Shown: positions 10,091 to 19,700, counted from the stretch's first letter. The stretch is 30,012 nt of DNA from Candidatus Brocadiia bacterium (GCA_050015075.1 JBEKCB010000040.1:1-30012), one strand, 5' to 3'. The notes: a model not told the origin generated them from the sequence alone. Made by a program: numbers and translations.

Positions 10091-10861
10091 ATGAACGCCA
10101 CGCGCCGACAGCTTGCGATGCTGCGCTCGCTGCGGACCCGAAAGGGCCGTCGCGAGAGCGGGCTGTTCCTGGTCGAAGGCGCGCGGCTCTGCTCGGAATT
10201 GATCCCGGCGAAGGCGCGCGTCGAGATCGTGCTCGTGGCCGAAGGCCGCGACCCGGCCGGCGCGCTTGGAAAGCAGGCGGCTCAGCTCGCCGCGGCCGGC
10301 GCGGAGGTCCTCCAGGCGCCGCTGCGCGACTTCGAGCGGATCAGCGACACCGTCAACAGCCAGGGCATCCTCGCCGCCGCGCAGTGGGAAGACCTCGCGC
10401 CCGAAGCGCTGCGGTTCGACGAACGAGCGACCGTGCTGACGCTCGACGGCGTCTCCGATCCGGGCAACGTCGGCACGGTCATCCGCACCGCCGCGTGGTT
10501 CGGCGTCTCGGCGGTCCTTCTGGGTGAAGGCTGCGCCGACCTCCTCAATCCCAAGACCGTCCGCGCGACGATGGGCGGGATTTTCCAGCTCCCGATCTGC
10601 CGCGACGTCAAATTGGAAGATGAGTCGGCCCGACTCAAGCGGTTGGGGTTCCGCATCACCGCGGCCACGATGGATGGAAGTCCCGACTGGTCCGGCTGGG
10701 CGAAAGATCCGCGTTCCGCGCTGATCCTGGGCAGCGAAGCGCGCGGCGTCAGCGAAGAACTCCTCCGCCTGGCCGACCAGCGAATCACCATCCCCCGGCG
10801 CGGCGCAGGCGAATCCCTCAACGTCGCCGTCAGCGCGGGGATTCTCCTCTCGGCGTTGTGA
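10091..10861 (+). CDS. TrmH/SpoU-family RNA 2'-O-methyltransferase
   Basis: FLVEG, DPGNVGTVIRTA, RATMG, LGSEARG, ESLNVAVSAGI SPOUT motifs. Confidence 0.95.
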   Translation: MNATRRQLAMLRSLRTRKGRRESGLFLVEGARLCSELIPAKARVEIVLVAEGRDPAGALGKQAAQLAAAGAEVLQAPLRDFERISDTVNSQGILAAAQWEDLAPEALRFDERATVLTLDGVSDPGNVGTVIRTAAWFGVSAVLLGEGCADLLNPKTVRATMGGIFQLPICRDVKLEDESARLKRLGFRITAATMDGSPDWSGWAKDPRSALILGSEARGVSEELLRLADQRITIPRRGAGESLNVAVSAGILLSAL

Positions 10862-10875
10862 CGCCGAAGCGCCCC

Positions 10876-10904
10876 TTGCTTGCCTGCCATGGATTTGGTA
10901 CTTT
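10876..10904 (+). promoter_or_regulatory. Putative promoter for the MNT gene
   Basis: TTGCTT-17 nt-TACTTT. Confidence 0.45.
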
Positions 10905-10942
10905 CGCGCGGAATGCTTTTCCCGGTAACGGAAGTTCGGACC

Positions 10943-11251
10943 ATGGACAAATCAGACTTCGATTTTGCCGCCGAGCCCATTCGCGCGCTTTGTGAGGAGT
11001 ACCACGTGCGCGAGCTCGCCCTCTTCGGATCGGCGCGCACCGAGCGCTTCCGGCCGGATAGCGACATTGATCTCCTCGTCGAATTCGAACCCGATGCTGA
11101 AATCGGCTTCCTTGAATTCGCGGCATTGCAACGACGGCTTGCGGCCATAGTGGGACGCCAGGTCGACCTGGTCCCGAAAGAGGGAATGAAACCCACGATC
11201 AGGGACGAGGTTCTCGCCAGCGCGGAAGTCGTCTATTCCGAAAAACATTGA
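10943..11251 (+). CDS. Minimal nucleotidyltransferase (MNT/MntA-like)
   Basis: LFGSAR...DSDIDLLVEF (GSX10DXD) and GRQVDLV; about 100 aa. Confidence 0.92.
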   Translation: MDKSDFDFAAEPIRALCEEYHVRELALFGSARTERFRPDSDIDLLVEFEPDAEIGFLEFAALQRRLAAIVGRQVDLVPKEGMKPTIRDEVLASAEVVYSEKH

Positions 11252-11300
11252 AGCTGGCATTCAGAAAATAACTGTATCCTCATGATTTTTCGAGGCCGCC

Positions 11301-12431
11301 GTGGATCGCAGGGAACTTCTTCGAGGCGTGCGGAAGCTCGTCGTCAAGATCGGGACGGCGGCGCTGTCGAGCGCCGACGGCGGGCTCGACGAGGCGAAGG
11401 TCGCACGGCTTGCGGAGCAGATTCACCTGCTCCGCAAGCGCGGGATGCTCGTCGCGGTCGTCAGCTCCGGCGCGATCGGCGCGGGGATGAACGCGCTGGG
11501 CATCCGCCGCCGGCCCGCGCACCTGCCCGAGCTCCAGGCCTGCGCCGCGGTCGGACAGGGGCGGCTCACCGCCGTCTATGACCAGTGCTTCCGGCGTCAC
11601 GGTTACCACGCCGCGCAGATCCTGCTGACCCGCGACGATTTCAACGACCGCAGCCGCTACCTGAACGCCTCGAACACGATCCACGCGATCCTCGATTACG
11701 GCGCGGTGCCCGTCATCAATGAGAACGACACGATCTCGGTGGAGGAGATCGGCTTCGGCGAGAACGACGGGCTGGCGGCGCTGGTGGCGAACCTGGTCTC
11801 GGCGGATATGCTGATCCTGCTCACCGTCGTGGACGGCCTCTATGAGAACCCGGACGCGCCGGCGGAGTCGCGGCAGGTGATCGGGATCGTGCCGAAGGTG
11901 ACCGACGAGATTCGCGGGCTGGCCAACGGCTCCAGGTCGCGCGGCGGACGCGGCGGCATGGTGAGCAAGATCGAGGCGGCTCGCGTGGCGACCGATGCCG
12001 GCGGGCTGGCGCTGATCGCGAACGCGCTGCAGCCTCGCGTGCTCGAGCGGATCTTCGACGGCGAGGAACTCGGCACGCTCTTCCTGCCCGCGAAAGGTCG
12101 GCGACTGACGCGCCGCAAGAGCTGGATTCGGTTCGGGTCACGCCCGAAGGGAACGCTCGTCGTGGACGCCGGCGCGCGCGGCGCGCTCGTCGAGGCCGGC
12201 CGGAGCCTGCTGCCCTCGGGCATCGTCCGCGTGGAGGGCGAGTTCGACGCGGGCGGGCTGGTCGCCGTCTGCGACGAGAGCGGCGCCGAGTTCGCGCGCG
12301 GCCTGGCCAACTACGGCGCCGAGGACATGCGCAAAATCATGGGGCTCAAAACCGCCGCCATCCACGCCCTCTTCGGCGACCACGCGTACGACGAGGCGAT
12401 CCATCGCGATCACCTGGTGCTGAGCGAGTAG
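11301..12431 (+). CDS. proB: Glutamate 5-kinase
   Basis: VVKIGT, VSSGAI, AAVGQG, INENDT, GGMVSKIEAA, C-terminal PUA domain. Confidence 0.97.
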   Translation: MDRRELLRGVRKLVVKIGTAALSSADGGLDEAKVARLAEQIHLLRKRGMLVAVVSSGAIGAGMNALGIRRRPAHLPELQACAAVGQGRLTAVYDQCFRRHGYHAAQILLTRDDFNDRSRYLNASNTIHAILDYGAVPVINENDTISVEEIGFGENDGLAALVANLVSADMLILLTVVDGLYENPDAPAESRQVIGIVPKVTDEIRGLANGSRSRGGRGGMVSKIEAARVATDAGGLALIANALQPRVLERIFDGEELGTLFLPAKGRRLTRRKSWIRFGSRPKGTLVVDAGARGALVEAGRSLLPSGIVRVEGEFDAGGLVAVCDESGAEFARGLANYGAEDMRKIMGLKTAAIHALFGDHAYDEAIHRDHLVLSE

Positions 12432-12504
12432 CAAACCATAGCGCACTCCGCAATCTTGAAATTCCCGTCCTCGGGTGCCAGAATACGCTTGAAAGGATAG
12501 CGTG

Positions 12505-15156
12505 ATGGAAGGCGTGCGCCTGGGCAAGGAAGAACTGGTCCGCGCTTACGGCGTCAGCCAGCGGCTGGCGGTGCGCGTCGGCGCGCTGCTGGCCAAGGGG
12601 TTCGAGGTCAGCGGCACGCTGCTCGAGATTGCGGGGCCCGGTTCCGCGATCGAGAAACTGCTGCTGCATCCGGAGATGCTGGCCTCGGCGGAGCGGCCGA
12701 CGGTGGAGGCGATCCGCAGGCTCGCGCGCGAGACCGGCGCGGCGTCGGAAGGAGAGCTGGCGCTGGCGGAATCTCCGAGCGGCGGGCGCGTCCTGGCGCT
12801 GGAGGAGGAACTGCTCGCGCAGGAGGGCTGGCGCGGGCAGGCCGCGAAGGAGCCGACGGCGCTGGCCCCGCAGCCGAGCGCTCCGCCGCACCCGGCGGCT
12901 CAGACGGGCTTCGGCGGCTTGCCGGTGCTGGACCGGAAGGAGGCGAGCGGGCTCTTCAGCGCGGAGGAGATCGCGCGGCTGAAGCTCGACGCGCTGGCCG
13001 GGCGCGACGCCGACGAGCGCGTCTCGGCGCTCCGCAAGCTCGTCTACGCCCCGATCAGCGCGCACGAAAAAGGCGGCATCTACCTGCGCGCGTTGCTCGA
13101 TTCGGCCGGGCCGGTCCGCAGCGAGGCGATGAAAGCCATCGTGTCGCTCGGCTTCAACCGCGACATGGCCGACGCGATCCAGGCGCTCTTCGCCGGCCGC
13201 GGCCGCGCCCGCGGCGCCGCGCTCCGGCGCATCGGCGACCTCATGGGCCGGCTCAACCCCGGCGAGCGGAAAATCGCGCTCGCCGTCCTCCTCGAGACGT
13301 TCCGCGAGTCGCAGCTCAAAGGGCCGACCGACCCGATGCTCGAGCTGCTCGACGAGGCGGACGCGATCCTCGCCGAGTCGCCCGAGATCGTGCCGGAGAT
13401 GGCGCGCGTTTACATTCAGCATCTGCTCGCGCAGCCGGCGTCGCTGGGCGAGACGCTGCGCGACCGGCTGGCGCGGCTGGCCGCGGCGGCGCCGGAGGCG
13501 GTGCTCGGCCAGGTCTGGGAGGAGATCGGCTCGGTCAGCGAGCCGGGCTCGCGCGCGCTGCTGCTGGGGCTGTTGATCGAGGCCGAGCCGGATGAGCAAC
13601 GCCGTGTCCGCCTGTGCGGCATCGTGGCGGAGGAACTCGTGCGGGGCGAGCAGGCCGAGCTGATGCGGCAGAAACTCGGCCACGCCCTGGTCAGGCTGGG
13701 ACCGCCGGCGGCGGAGGCGCTGCTGGGCCGGTTCGCCGCCGCCTCGAACCCCGAACGCGCCGCGCTCGTCCAGTTCCTCGACGCGGTGAGCGTGGACCAG
13801 CCCCTGCCGCCGGCAACGCTCAACCGCATCGCGGCCCTGCTGCTCGAATCGCTGAAACTGGCCGACCTCCGGCTGCGCGCGGAGATCCTGAACACGCGCG
13901 TCTTCGCGCATCCGCAGCTTTCGCCGGAGTTCCGCCGGTCCGCGGCGGAGGCGCTGCTGCCGCTGCTCCGGAACGCGGACCGGCCGGAGAGCGCGGACCG
14001 CGCGGCGGCGCTGCTGGAGATGCTCGGCGAGGTCGCGGCGGAAGGGCTGCTCGACCTCGCGCGCAAGCATCCGGCCGCGCCGGAGGCGGAGGTGGCGCTG
14101 CGCGCGCTCGGGCGGATTCTCGCGGCGCATCCGATCGAGCGCCTCGCGCAGCCGGCGTACGAATTCCTCTCGCGCCGAGTCGCCGCGCCGGCGACCGCGC
14201 AGGGCGGCGCGGCCGCGGCGCTCGGCCTGCTCGCCTCGTCGCCGGCGGTAAGTCCCCAGGAGGCGCGCAAGGCGCTCGACCTGCTCATGAGCCGGCTGGG
14301 CCGCGTCCGCTGGCACGGCGACCTGGTCGAGGCGATCGGGCGCGTCTGCGCGGGCGCCGGCATCCCCGCCGAGCAGCGCATCCAGGTCAGCCATCTCCTC
14401 GGCCAGATCATCGAGCGGCCGTCGTCGAAGGAAGACGCGCGGCTGCGCGAAGTGCAGACCTCGCGCGGCAAGGTCTACGAGATCACCGGCCGGGTCGAGT
14501 TCGACAGCGAGACGCTCCCGGCGGCGGTGCGCGGGCTCGAAGCGATCGCGCTCTCGCCGGAAACGACGCCCGCGCTGCGGCGGCAGGTGGCCGAGCAGTT
14601 GCTGCGCGTGTGGGAAGGCGTTGGGAAATGGACGGTGATCTGGGGCCCGCGCGCGGCGGAGACGCTGGTGCAGGCGCTCGGACACATCGGCGCCAGCGAA
14701 CTCAGCGACGGGCCGACCCGCGCGCGGATCGCGCAGGGACTGCTGCTCGGCATCGAGCGCCTGTCGGTGGTGCGCGCGCTGGAGGCGATCTTCAACCTGG
14801 GCCCCGCCACGCCCGAACTGGGCGGACTCGCGGCGTCCGCCGGAGCGAAGCTGCTCGATTACTGGATTCTGCCGGAGATCACGCCGGAGGAATTGCAGGC
14901 GGTCCTCTCGGCCGCGGCGGGCGCGGCATGCCGGCCCGAAATCCCGGCGCGAAGCCCGCAGGCGCGCAAGCTCCGCGAGCGCGCGAGCGAGTTGCTCCTC
15001 GACGCGCTCTGCACCGGCCATCCGTGGGCGCGCCCGACGCTGCAGAAAATGCGCGACAGCGCCGCGATCCCCGCGCGGATGAGAAAGGAGATCGCCGGCC
15101 GGCTCGATCAGGCGATCTCCGTACTCCGCATGAATCGCCGAACAACAAAGGCATGA
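12505..15156 (+). CDS. Large alpha-helical (HEAT/ARM-like) repeat protein, function unknown
   Basis: About 880 aa Leu/Ala/Glu/Arg-rich ORF with host-like codon usage and HEAT-like motifs (VRSEAMKAIVSLG, ALVRLG, ALRALG); AAAGGA RBS. Confidence 0.75.
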   Translation: MEGVRLGKEELVRAYGVSQRLAVRVGALLAKGFEVSGTLLEIAGPGSAIEKLLLHPEMLASAERPTVEAIRRLARETGAASEGELALAESPSGGRVLALEEELLAQEGWRGQAAKEPTALAPQPSAPPHPAAQTGFGGLPVLDRKEASGLFSAEEIARLKLDALAGRDADERVSALRKLVYAPISAHEKGGIYLRALLDSAGPVRSEAMKAIVSLGFNRDMADAIQALFAGRGRARGAALRRIGDLMGRLNPGERKIALAVLLETFRESQLKGPTDPMLELLDEADAILAESPEIVPEMARVYIQHLLAQPASLGETLRDRLARLAAAAPEAVLGQVWEEIGSVSEPGSRALLLGLLIEAEPDEQRRVRLCGIVAEELVRGEQAELMRQKLGHALVRLGPPAAEALLGRFAAASNPERAALVQFLDAVSVDQPLPPATLNRIAALLLESLKLADLRLRAEILNTRVFAHPQLSPEFRRSAAEALLPLLRNADRPESADRAAALLEMLGEVAAEGLLDLARKHPAAPEAEVALRALGRILAAHPIERLAQPAYEFLSRRVAAPATAQGGAAAALGLLASSPAVSPQEARKALDLLMSRLGRVRWHGDLVEAIGRVCAGAGIPAEQRIQVSHLLGQIIERPSSKEDARLREVQTSRGKVYEITGRVEFDSETLPAAVRGLEAIALSPETTPALRRQVAEQLLRVWEGVGKWTVIWGPRAAETLVQALGHIGASELSDGPTRARIAQGLLLGIERLSVVRALEAIFNLGPATPELGGLAASAGAKLLDYWILPEITPEELQAVLSAAAGAACRPEIPARSPQARKLRERASELLLDALCTGHPWARPTLQKMRDSAAIPARMRKEIAGRLDQAISVLRMNRRTTKA

Positions 15157-15435
15157 AACCACAGATACGAGGAGATAAGTGGAACGACAAAGGCTTGGAA
15201 CCGCCGATGAACGCCGATGGACGCCGATAGAAAAAAAACGGATTGATCCGTATCGGCGTTCATCGGCGTCCATCGGCGGTTTCAATCGGTTTTTATGAAT
15301 CGCCGAACAACAAAGGCTTGAAACCACAGAGCGACAGCGCGAGCGGGCGAGCGCTGCCTGTCGCCACAGATATGCACAGATACGGATTGCTTTTTTTCCT
15401 TCTCATCTGTGTTTATCTGTGTTCATCTGTGGTTC
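15130..15435. repeat. Compound repeat cluster: 36-bp direct repeat plus two 9-mer-arm palindromes
   Basis: ATGAATCGCCGAACAACAAAGGC[A/T]TGAAACCACAGA at 15130-15165 and 15295-15330; (CGCCGATG) IR at 15199-15281; (CACAGAT/ATCTGTG) IR at about 15322-15434. Confidence 0.9.
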
Positions 15436-15457
15436 CAATTTTTAAATCGGAGCGGCG

Positions 15458-16348
15458 ATGAGCGGCGAGTTCAGGAAGAAGCTGGAGAGCGGCGGGATCA
15501 TCGTTTTCGACGGCGCGATGGGCACGCAACTCGCCGCGCGCGGCATCGAGCCCGGCTTGGCCGCCAACGTGATTGCGCCGGAGAGCGTCCTGGCCGTTCA
15601 CCGCGCTTACCGCGAGGCCGGCGCGGACGTGCTCATCACCAACACGTTCGGCGTCAACGGTCAAATGCGCGCGGACGCAGAAACCCGAAAAGCGCTTTCC
15701 AATCAGTGCCGGGCCGCGTACGACCGCGCGCGCGAAGCGGCGGCCGGCGGAGGCTTCGTCGCGGGCGATATGGGGCCGACGGGAGTCCTCCTCGTGCCTT
15801 ACGGGACCGCCAAATTATCGGAGATGGATACTGTTTTTAAGAGCGCCGCTGACCTCCTGGCCAAATACGGCGTGGACCTTTTTATTGTCGAGACGATGTC
15901 TGACACCAGCGAGATGATGCTGGCGGTCAACGCCTGCCGCGAGGCCGCGAGCAAAGCGCACAGGGACATTCCGGTCGCCGCCTCGATGGCCTTCGATCCG
16001 AGCAAGCAGGGCGGGTTCCGGACGAACATGGGCGTTTCTCCTGCGGTGGCCGCCAAGGCGATGGTGGAGGCCGGCGCGGACATCATCGGCGCGAACTGCG
16101 GGTCGGTCACGCCCGAGCAGATGGCGGAAATCGTCCGCGAGTTCCGGAGTGTGACGCAGCAGCATCCCATCCTCGCGCAGCCGAATGCCGGCGTGCCGGA
16201 GTTGCAGGCCGGGCAGACAGTCTTCCGCCTCTCGGCCGAGGCGTTCGCTGAAGGAATGAAGCACGTCCTCAAAGCAGGCGCGCAACTGGTCGGCGGCTGC
16301 TGCGGGACGACGCCGGAGCATATCCGCTGCTTGCGACAGGTGTTATGA
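15458..16348 (+). CDS. Stand-alone homocysteine S-methyltransferase domain protein
   Basis: FDGAMGTQL, AGADVLITNTFG, GDMGPTG, ETMSD, GANCG, PNAG.P, GGCCGTTPEHI (Zn-binding Cys residues). Confidence 0.93.
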   Translation: MSGEFRKKLESGGIIVFDGAMGTQLAARGIEPGLAANVIAPESVLAVHRAYREAGADVLITNTFGVNGQMRADAETRKALSNQCRAAYDRAREAAAGGGFVAGDMGPTGVLLVPYGTAKLSEMDTVFKSAADLLAKYGVDLFIVETMSDTSEMMLAVNACREAASKAHRDIPVAASMAFDPSKQGGFRTNMGVSPAVAAKAMVEAGADIIGANCGSVTPEQMAEIVREFRSVTQQHPILAQPNAGVPELQAGQTVFRLSAEAFAEGMKHVLKAGAQLVGGCCGTTPEHIRCLRQVL

Positions 16349-16391
16349 CTGCTGAGCGGACAGTGCAAGATGCAAAGCGCAAAGCGGCAGG

Positions 16392-16420
16392 TTGACATGT
16401 TTTCCGTATGCAGGTATCCT
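16392..16420 (+). promoter_or_regulatory. Sigma70-type promoter for the metallophosphoesterase gene
   Basis: TTGACA-17 nt-TATCCT. Confidence 0.65.
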
Positions 16421-16466
16421 TGAACTTACGGACCCGCCCGATACCGCAGTGCCTTCGGGATGAGAA

Positions 16467-17870
16467 ATGAAACTCGCCGACGCCGTCAACGATCTGCTCG
16501 GACGCACCACCGAACTCCTCGAAGAGAGCGATTACAGCGACTACATGCTCGAGCGAGTCTACCGCATGAAAGAGGAACTCGTGACGCCGTCGGTCCGCGC
16601 GCTCAAAGCCAAGCCGCGGTTCGCAGCCTCCGCCGACACGCTGGCCGCGCTCTTCAGCGCGGTCGAGGAATACGTCGTCTGCTATCCGCGCGAGCCGGAG
16701 CGCCGCGAGGAGCGCCGCCTGCGCGTCGAAGGGCTCAAGTCGCGCGTGCGGCGCGAGCTGCTCCCGAAGAGCGACCGCGAAGCCGAGGTCGAGCACCTCG
16801 TGGACGAAATCCGCAAGTGGCAGGTGAAGACCACCCTCGACGCGAGCGGCCGCCTGGTCTATGCGACCGCCGGCGGCGCGGTGGTGCCGCCGCGCGACCT
16901 GATCGGCACGCAGGTCGGCATCAGCGTCATCGAGCAGGCCGTCAAGGCCCAGCGTCCGTATGCGGACAAGGTCCGCCCGCGCGACAGCCGCGGCGAACCC
17001 GGCGGGCTGATCCTCGTCGCCGGCGGCCGGCAGGCCATCGTCGTCGGCGATCTCCACGGGCGATACGACAACCTCGAATCCATTCTCAAGGACCGCAACA
17101 ATCTCCAGGACATCGTCTCCGGCAAGACGCACCTGATTTTCTGCGGCGACGCGGTGCACCCGCGCTCGAGCAAGACGGAGAGCCCGGAGGCATACGAGGA
17201 TTCGTTCTGCGTGATGCTCCTGATCATGACGCTCAAGGCGGAAAACCCGTTCAACGTCCACTACCTCATCGGCAACCACGACAACGCGCACGTCGGCGGG
17301 CCGCCGGCCACTCGCGGGCAGGTGCAGCAGGACGACATGTTCAAGAAATTCGTCTCGGAGAAATTCGGCGCCTCGGTCTTCGAGCATTACTGCGAGTTCG
17401 TGGCGAACTCGCCGGTCGCCGCCAAGGTGAAGACGCCCAACGGCAGCGTGCTGCTCGTGCACGCCTGCCTGACGCCGCGCGCGCCGGACGTGCAGGCGCT
17501 GATCAATATCTTCTCGGAGGGCCGCACCGGCGAGGCGCTGCAGGACCTGCTCTGGAGCCGCAACTTCGACCGCGGGATGATCGAGAAAGCCCTCGCCGGC
17601 GTCGGGGCGAAGTTCGCGATCTCCGGCCATACCTCGCCGAAAGCCAGCCGCGCCGAGCGCTACGGGTTCAACATCCTGGCGAACAACGTCGTCGCGCACG
17701 TCCACGAACTGCAGATCATCCTGAGCGCGCAGGGCAACAGCTTCGGCTACGCGGTGATAGACATGACGCATCCGCTGCCGGACAAGATCACCGACATGAC
17801 CACTCCTGACGGCCGGCCCGCCTTCAGGGTGTTTCAGCAGAAAGCGGCCGGCATCAAGAAAAAAGTATGA
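16467..17870 (+). CDS. Calcineurin-like metallophosphoesterase (PPP-like) with N-terminal extension
   Basis: VGDLHG, CGDAVH, IGNHD, VHA, LLWSR, SGHT motifs after a roughly 180-aa helical N-terminal region. Confidence 0.85.
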   Translation: MKLADAVNDLLGRTTELLEESDYSDYMLERVYRMKEELVTPSVRALKAKPRFAASADTLAALFSAVEEYVVCYPREPERREERRLRVEGLKSRVRRELLPKSDREAEVEHLVDEIRKWQVKTTLDASGRLVYATAGGAVVPPRDLIGTQVGISVIEQAVKAQRPYADKVRPRDSRGEPGGLILVAGGRQAIVVGDLHGRYDNLESILKDRNNLQDIVSGKTHLIFCGDAVHPRSSKTESPEAYEDSFCVMLLIMTLKAENPFNVHYLIGNHDNAHVGGPPATRGQVQQDDMFKKFVSEKFGASVFEHYCEFVANSPVAAKVKTPNGSVLLVHACLTPRAPDVQALINIFSEGRTGEALQDLLWSRNFDRGMIEKALAGVGAKFAISGHTSPKASRAERYGFNILANNVVAHVHELQIILSAQGNSFGYAVIDMTHPLPDKITDMTTPDGRPAFRVFQQKAAGIKKKV

Positions 17871-17927
17871 AGGATGAACGATGAACGAAGCGAGCCTTCG
17901 AGGTTCCGTCTTCATCCTTCATCCTTC
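17867..17927. repeat. Heptamer-arm palindrome (ATGAAGG / CCTTCAT)
   Basis: ATGAAGGATGAACGATGAACG ... CTTCATCCTTCATCCTTC; the first unit contains the upstream TGA stop. Confidence 0.8.
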
Positions 17928-17963
17928 CGTTTTTGCCCTAACCTTAAAAAGGAGATTGCGCAG

Positions 17964-19565
17964 ATGAAGAGCACAAAGTTGGCCGCGGTCCTGGGCGCGT
18001 TGCTGCTGGCGGCGGCGCCGGTCTGCTGGGGCGCCGAGGCGGCCGCGGCGCCGACGGAGAAAGAGCGCCAGGCGCTGGCGAAGGAAGTGGAACAACTGCG
18101 CGGGCAGGCGCGGCCGTTCACGGACCTTTTCGTCAAGACGATCGAGCTGGCCCTGCCTTCGGTGGTCAGCATCACCACCACGCGCACGGTCCGCGTCCAG
18201 ACGCCCGAATGGCCGATGCCGTTCCCCTTCGAGAACCCGAACGAGCCGAACGCGCCCCGGCGCCCGCGGCAGCGCGAGCGGCCCGAATCGGTCACCGGCC
18301 TCGGCTCCGGCTTCGTGGTGGACGCCGTGAAGGGCTTCGTGGTGACGAATGCCCACGTCGTGCGCGACGTGAAGCCCGAGCACATCAAGCTCACCTTCCA
18401 GGACGGGCATGAAGTGACCGCCGAAAAGGTCCTCGTGGACCCGCGCACGGACGTGGCGGTGATCCAGATTCCGCCGGACCACCTGGTGGCGCTGCAATGG
18501 GCGGGGCCGGAGGAGATCAAGCGCGGGGAATGGGTGATCGCCGCCGGCAGCCCGATGGGATTCGGCGGCAGCGTGACGGCCGGCATCATCAGCGCGCCGA
18601 GCACGCGGAACCGCTTCTTCGGCAGCGGGCAGCCCGGCGCGTTCACCGCGAACCCCAACGATCCCTACGCGGTCGAGGACTACATCCAGACCGACGCGGC
18701 GATCAATCCGGGCAACAGCGGCGGACCGCTGCTCTCCCTCGACGGCAAAGTGATCGGCATCAACACGCTCATCGTCAGCTCCACGTTCTCCTCGGCGGGC
18801 CTGGGCTTCGCCGTGCCGCAGCGGCTGGCCCAGCCGGTGGTCGAGGCGCTCATCCAGGGTGGCCGCGTCGTGCGCGGACACCTGGGCATCGCCATCATCG
18901 AGCCCTCGAAGATTGACGACGAGGCCGCGTGGGACCATTTCCGGATGCGCAACGCCGACGAGGTTTTCAACAAGTTCCATCTCCGCAAGGACGACAAGGG
19001 CTGCGTCGTCGAGGATGTCATGCCCGGCGGGCCGGCGGACAAGGCGGGCCTGGAGGAAGGCGACCTGATCCGCGCCATCGGCGGGACCCCGACGCCCAAC
19101 GTGGACAAACTGCGCGAGGTCGTCGCCGGGACCGCCCCCGGAACACAGGTGGAAATCTCCATTGTCCGCGCCGGCCGCGACCAGAAGATCAAGGTCACCG
19201 TCGGCGAGCAGCCCTCCGGCGAGAAGACCGTGGCTGAAGAGGGCGCCGAAAGCTCGACCAGCGAGGACCTCGGCCTCTCCATCCAGGAACTCACGCCGGA
19301 ACTGGCCGACGCCCTCGGTTATGCCGAGGACCTCAAGGGCCTGATCGTCGCCGACGTCACCGCCGACGGCCCGGCGGCGAAAGCCAAGCCGCCCGTGCAG
19401 CGCAACGACGTGATTCTCGAGGTCAACGGCACGCCCGTCAAGAGCATCCCGGACTTCGACGCGGCCATCCAGAAAGCCCGGAGCGAGAAGAAGGAGAACA
19501 TCGCCTTCTCCGTGCAGCGCGGCGAGAAGAAGCAGCTCATGATCGCCCTGAAGCTGCCGAAATAA
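17964..19565 (+). CDS. HtrA/DegP-family serine protease with two PDZ domains
   Basis: Signal peptide, GLGSG, TNAHV, TDVAV, IQTDAAINPGNSGGPL, PDZ repeats; ATG 17964 follows AAGGAG. Confidence 0.96.
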   Translation: MKSTKLAAVLGALLLAAAPVCWGAEAAAAPTEKERQALAKEVEQLRGQARPFTDLFVKTIELALPSVVSITTTRTVRVQTPEWPMPFPFENPNEPNAPRRPRQRERPESVTGLGSGFVVDAVKGFVVTNAHVVRDVKPEHIKLTFQDGHEVTAEKVLVDPRTDVAVIQIPPDHLVALQWAGPEEIKRGEWVIAAGSPMGFGGSVTAGIISAPSTRNRFFGSGQPGAFTANPNDPYAVEDYIQTDAAINPGNSGGPLLSLDGKVIGINTLIVSSTFSSAGLGFAVPQRLAQPVVEALIQGGRVVRGHLGIAIIEPSKIDDEAAWDHFRMRNADEVFNKFHLRKDDKGCVVEDVMPGGPADKAGLEEGDLIRAIGGTPTPNVDKLREVVAGTAPGTQVEISIVRAGRDQKIKVTVGEQPSGEKTVAEEGAESSTSEDLGLSIQELTPELADALGYAEDLKGLIVADVTADGPAAKAKPPVQRNDVILEVNGTPVKSIPDFDAAIQKARSEKKENIAFSVQRGEKKQLMIALKLPK

Positions 19566-19700
19566 TCGAGCCGGCTGCCGGCGGCTTTCAGGCTTGCGCC
19601 GGCCGGGCGACCGTGGTAGATTTCTGACGTTGCCTGAGTGGAGGACGCATCGTCTGCGCCCGGGCGCAACCTTTCGGTTCCATGGAACGAGGACTGAGCG

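Noticed and set aside
12346-15327. 993-aa minus-strand ORF, and similar long antisense ORFs (17919-20462, 25891-27720, 16269-17915, 22618-24027)
   Set aside because: Shadow frames of high-GC genes on the opposite strand; Arg/Ala-rich with no motifs.
15130-15330. 36-bp direct repeats as a CRISPR array
   Set aside because: Only two good copies, irregular spacing, intervening DNA is itself palindromic repeat, and no cas genes are present.
17874-17963. Extended N-termini of HtrA (17874), PHP (3445) and the hydrolase (20258)
   Set aside because: The extensions translate repeat DNA or overlap neighbours; better RBS-supported starts lie downstream.
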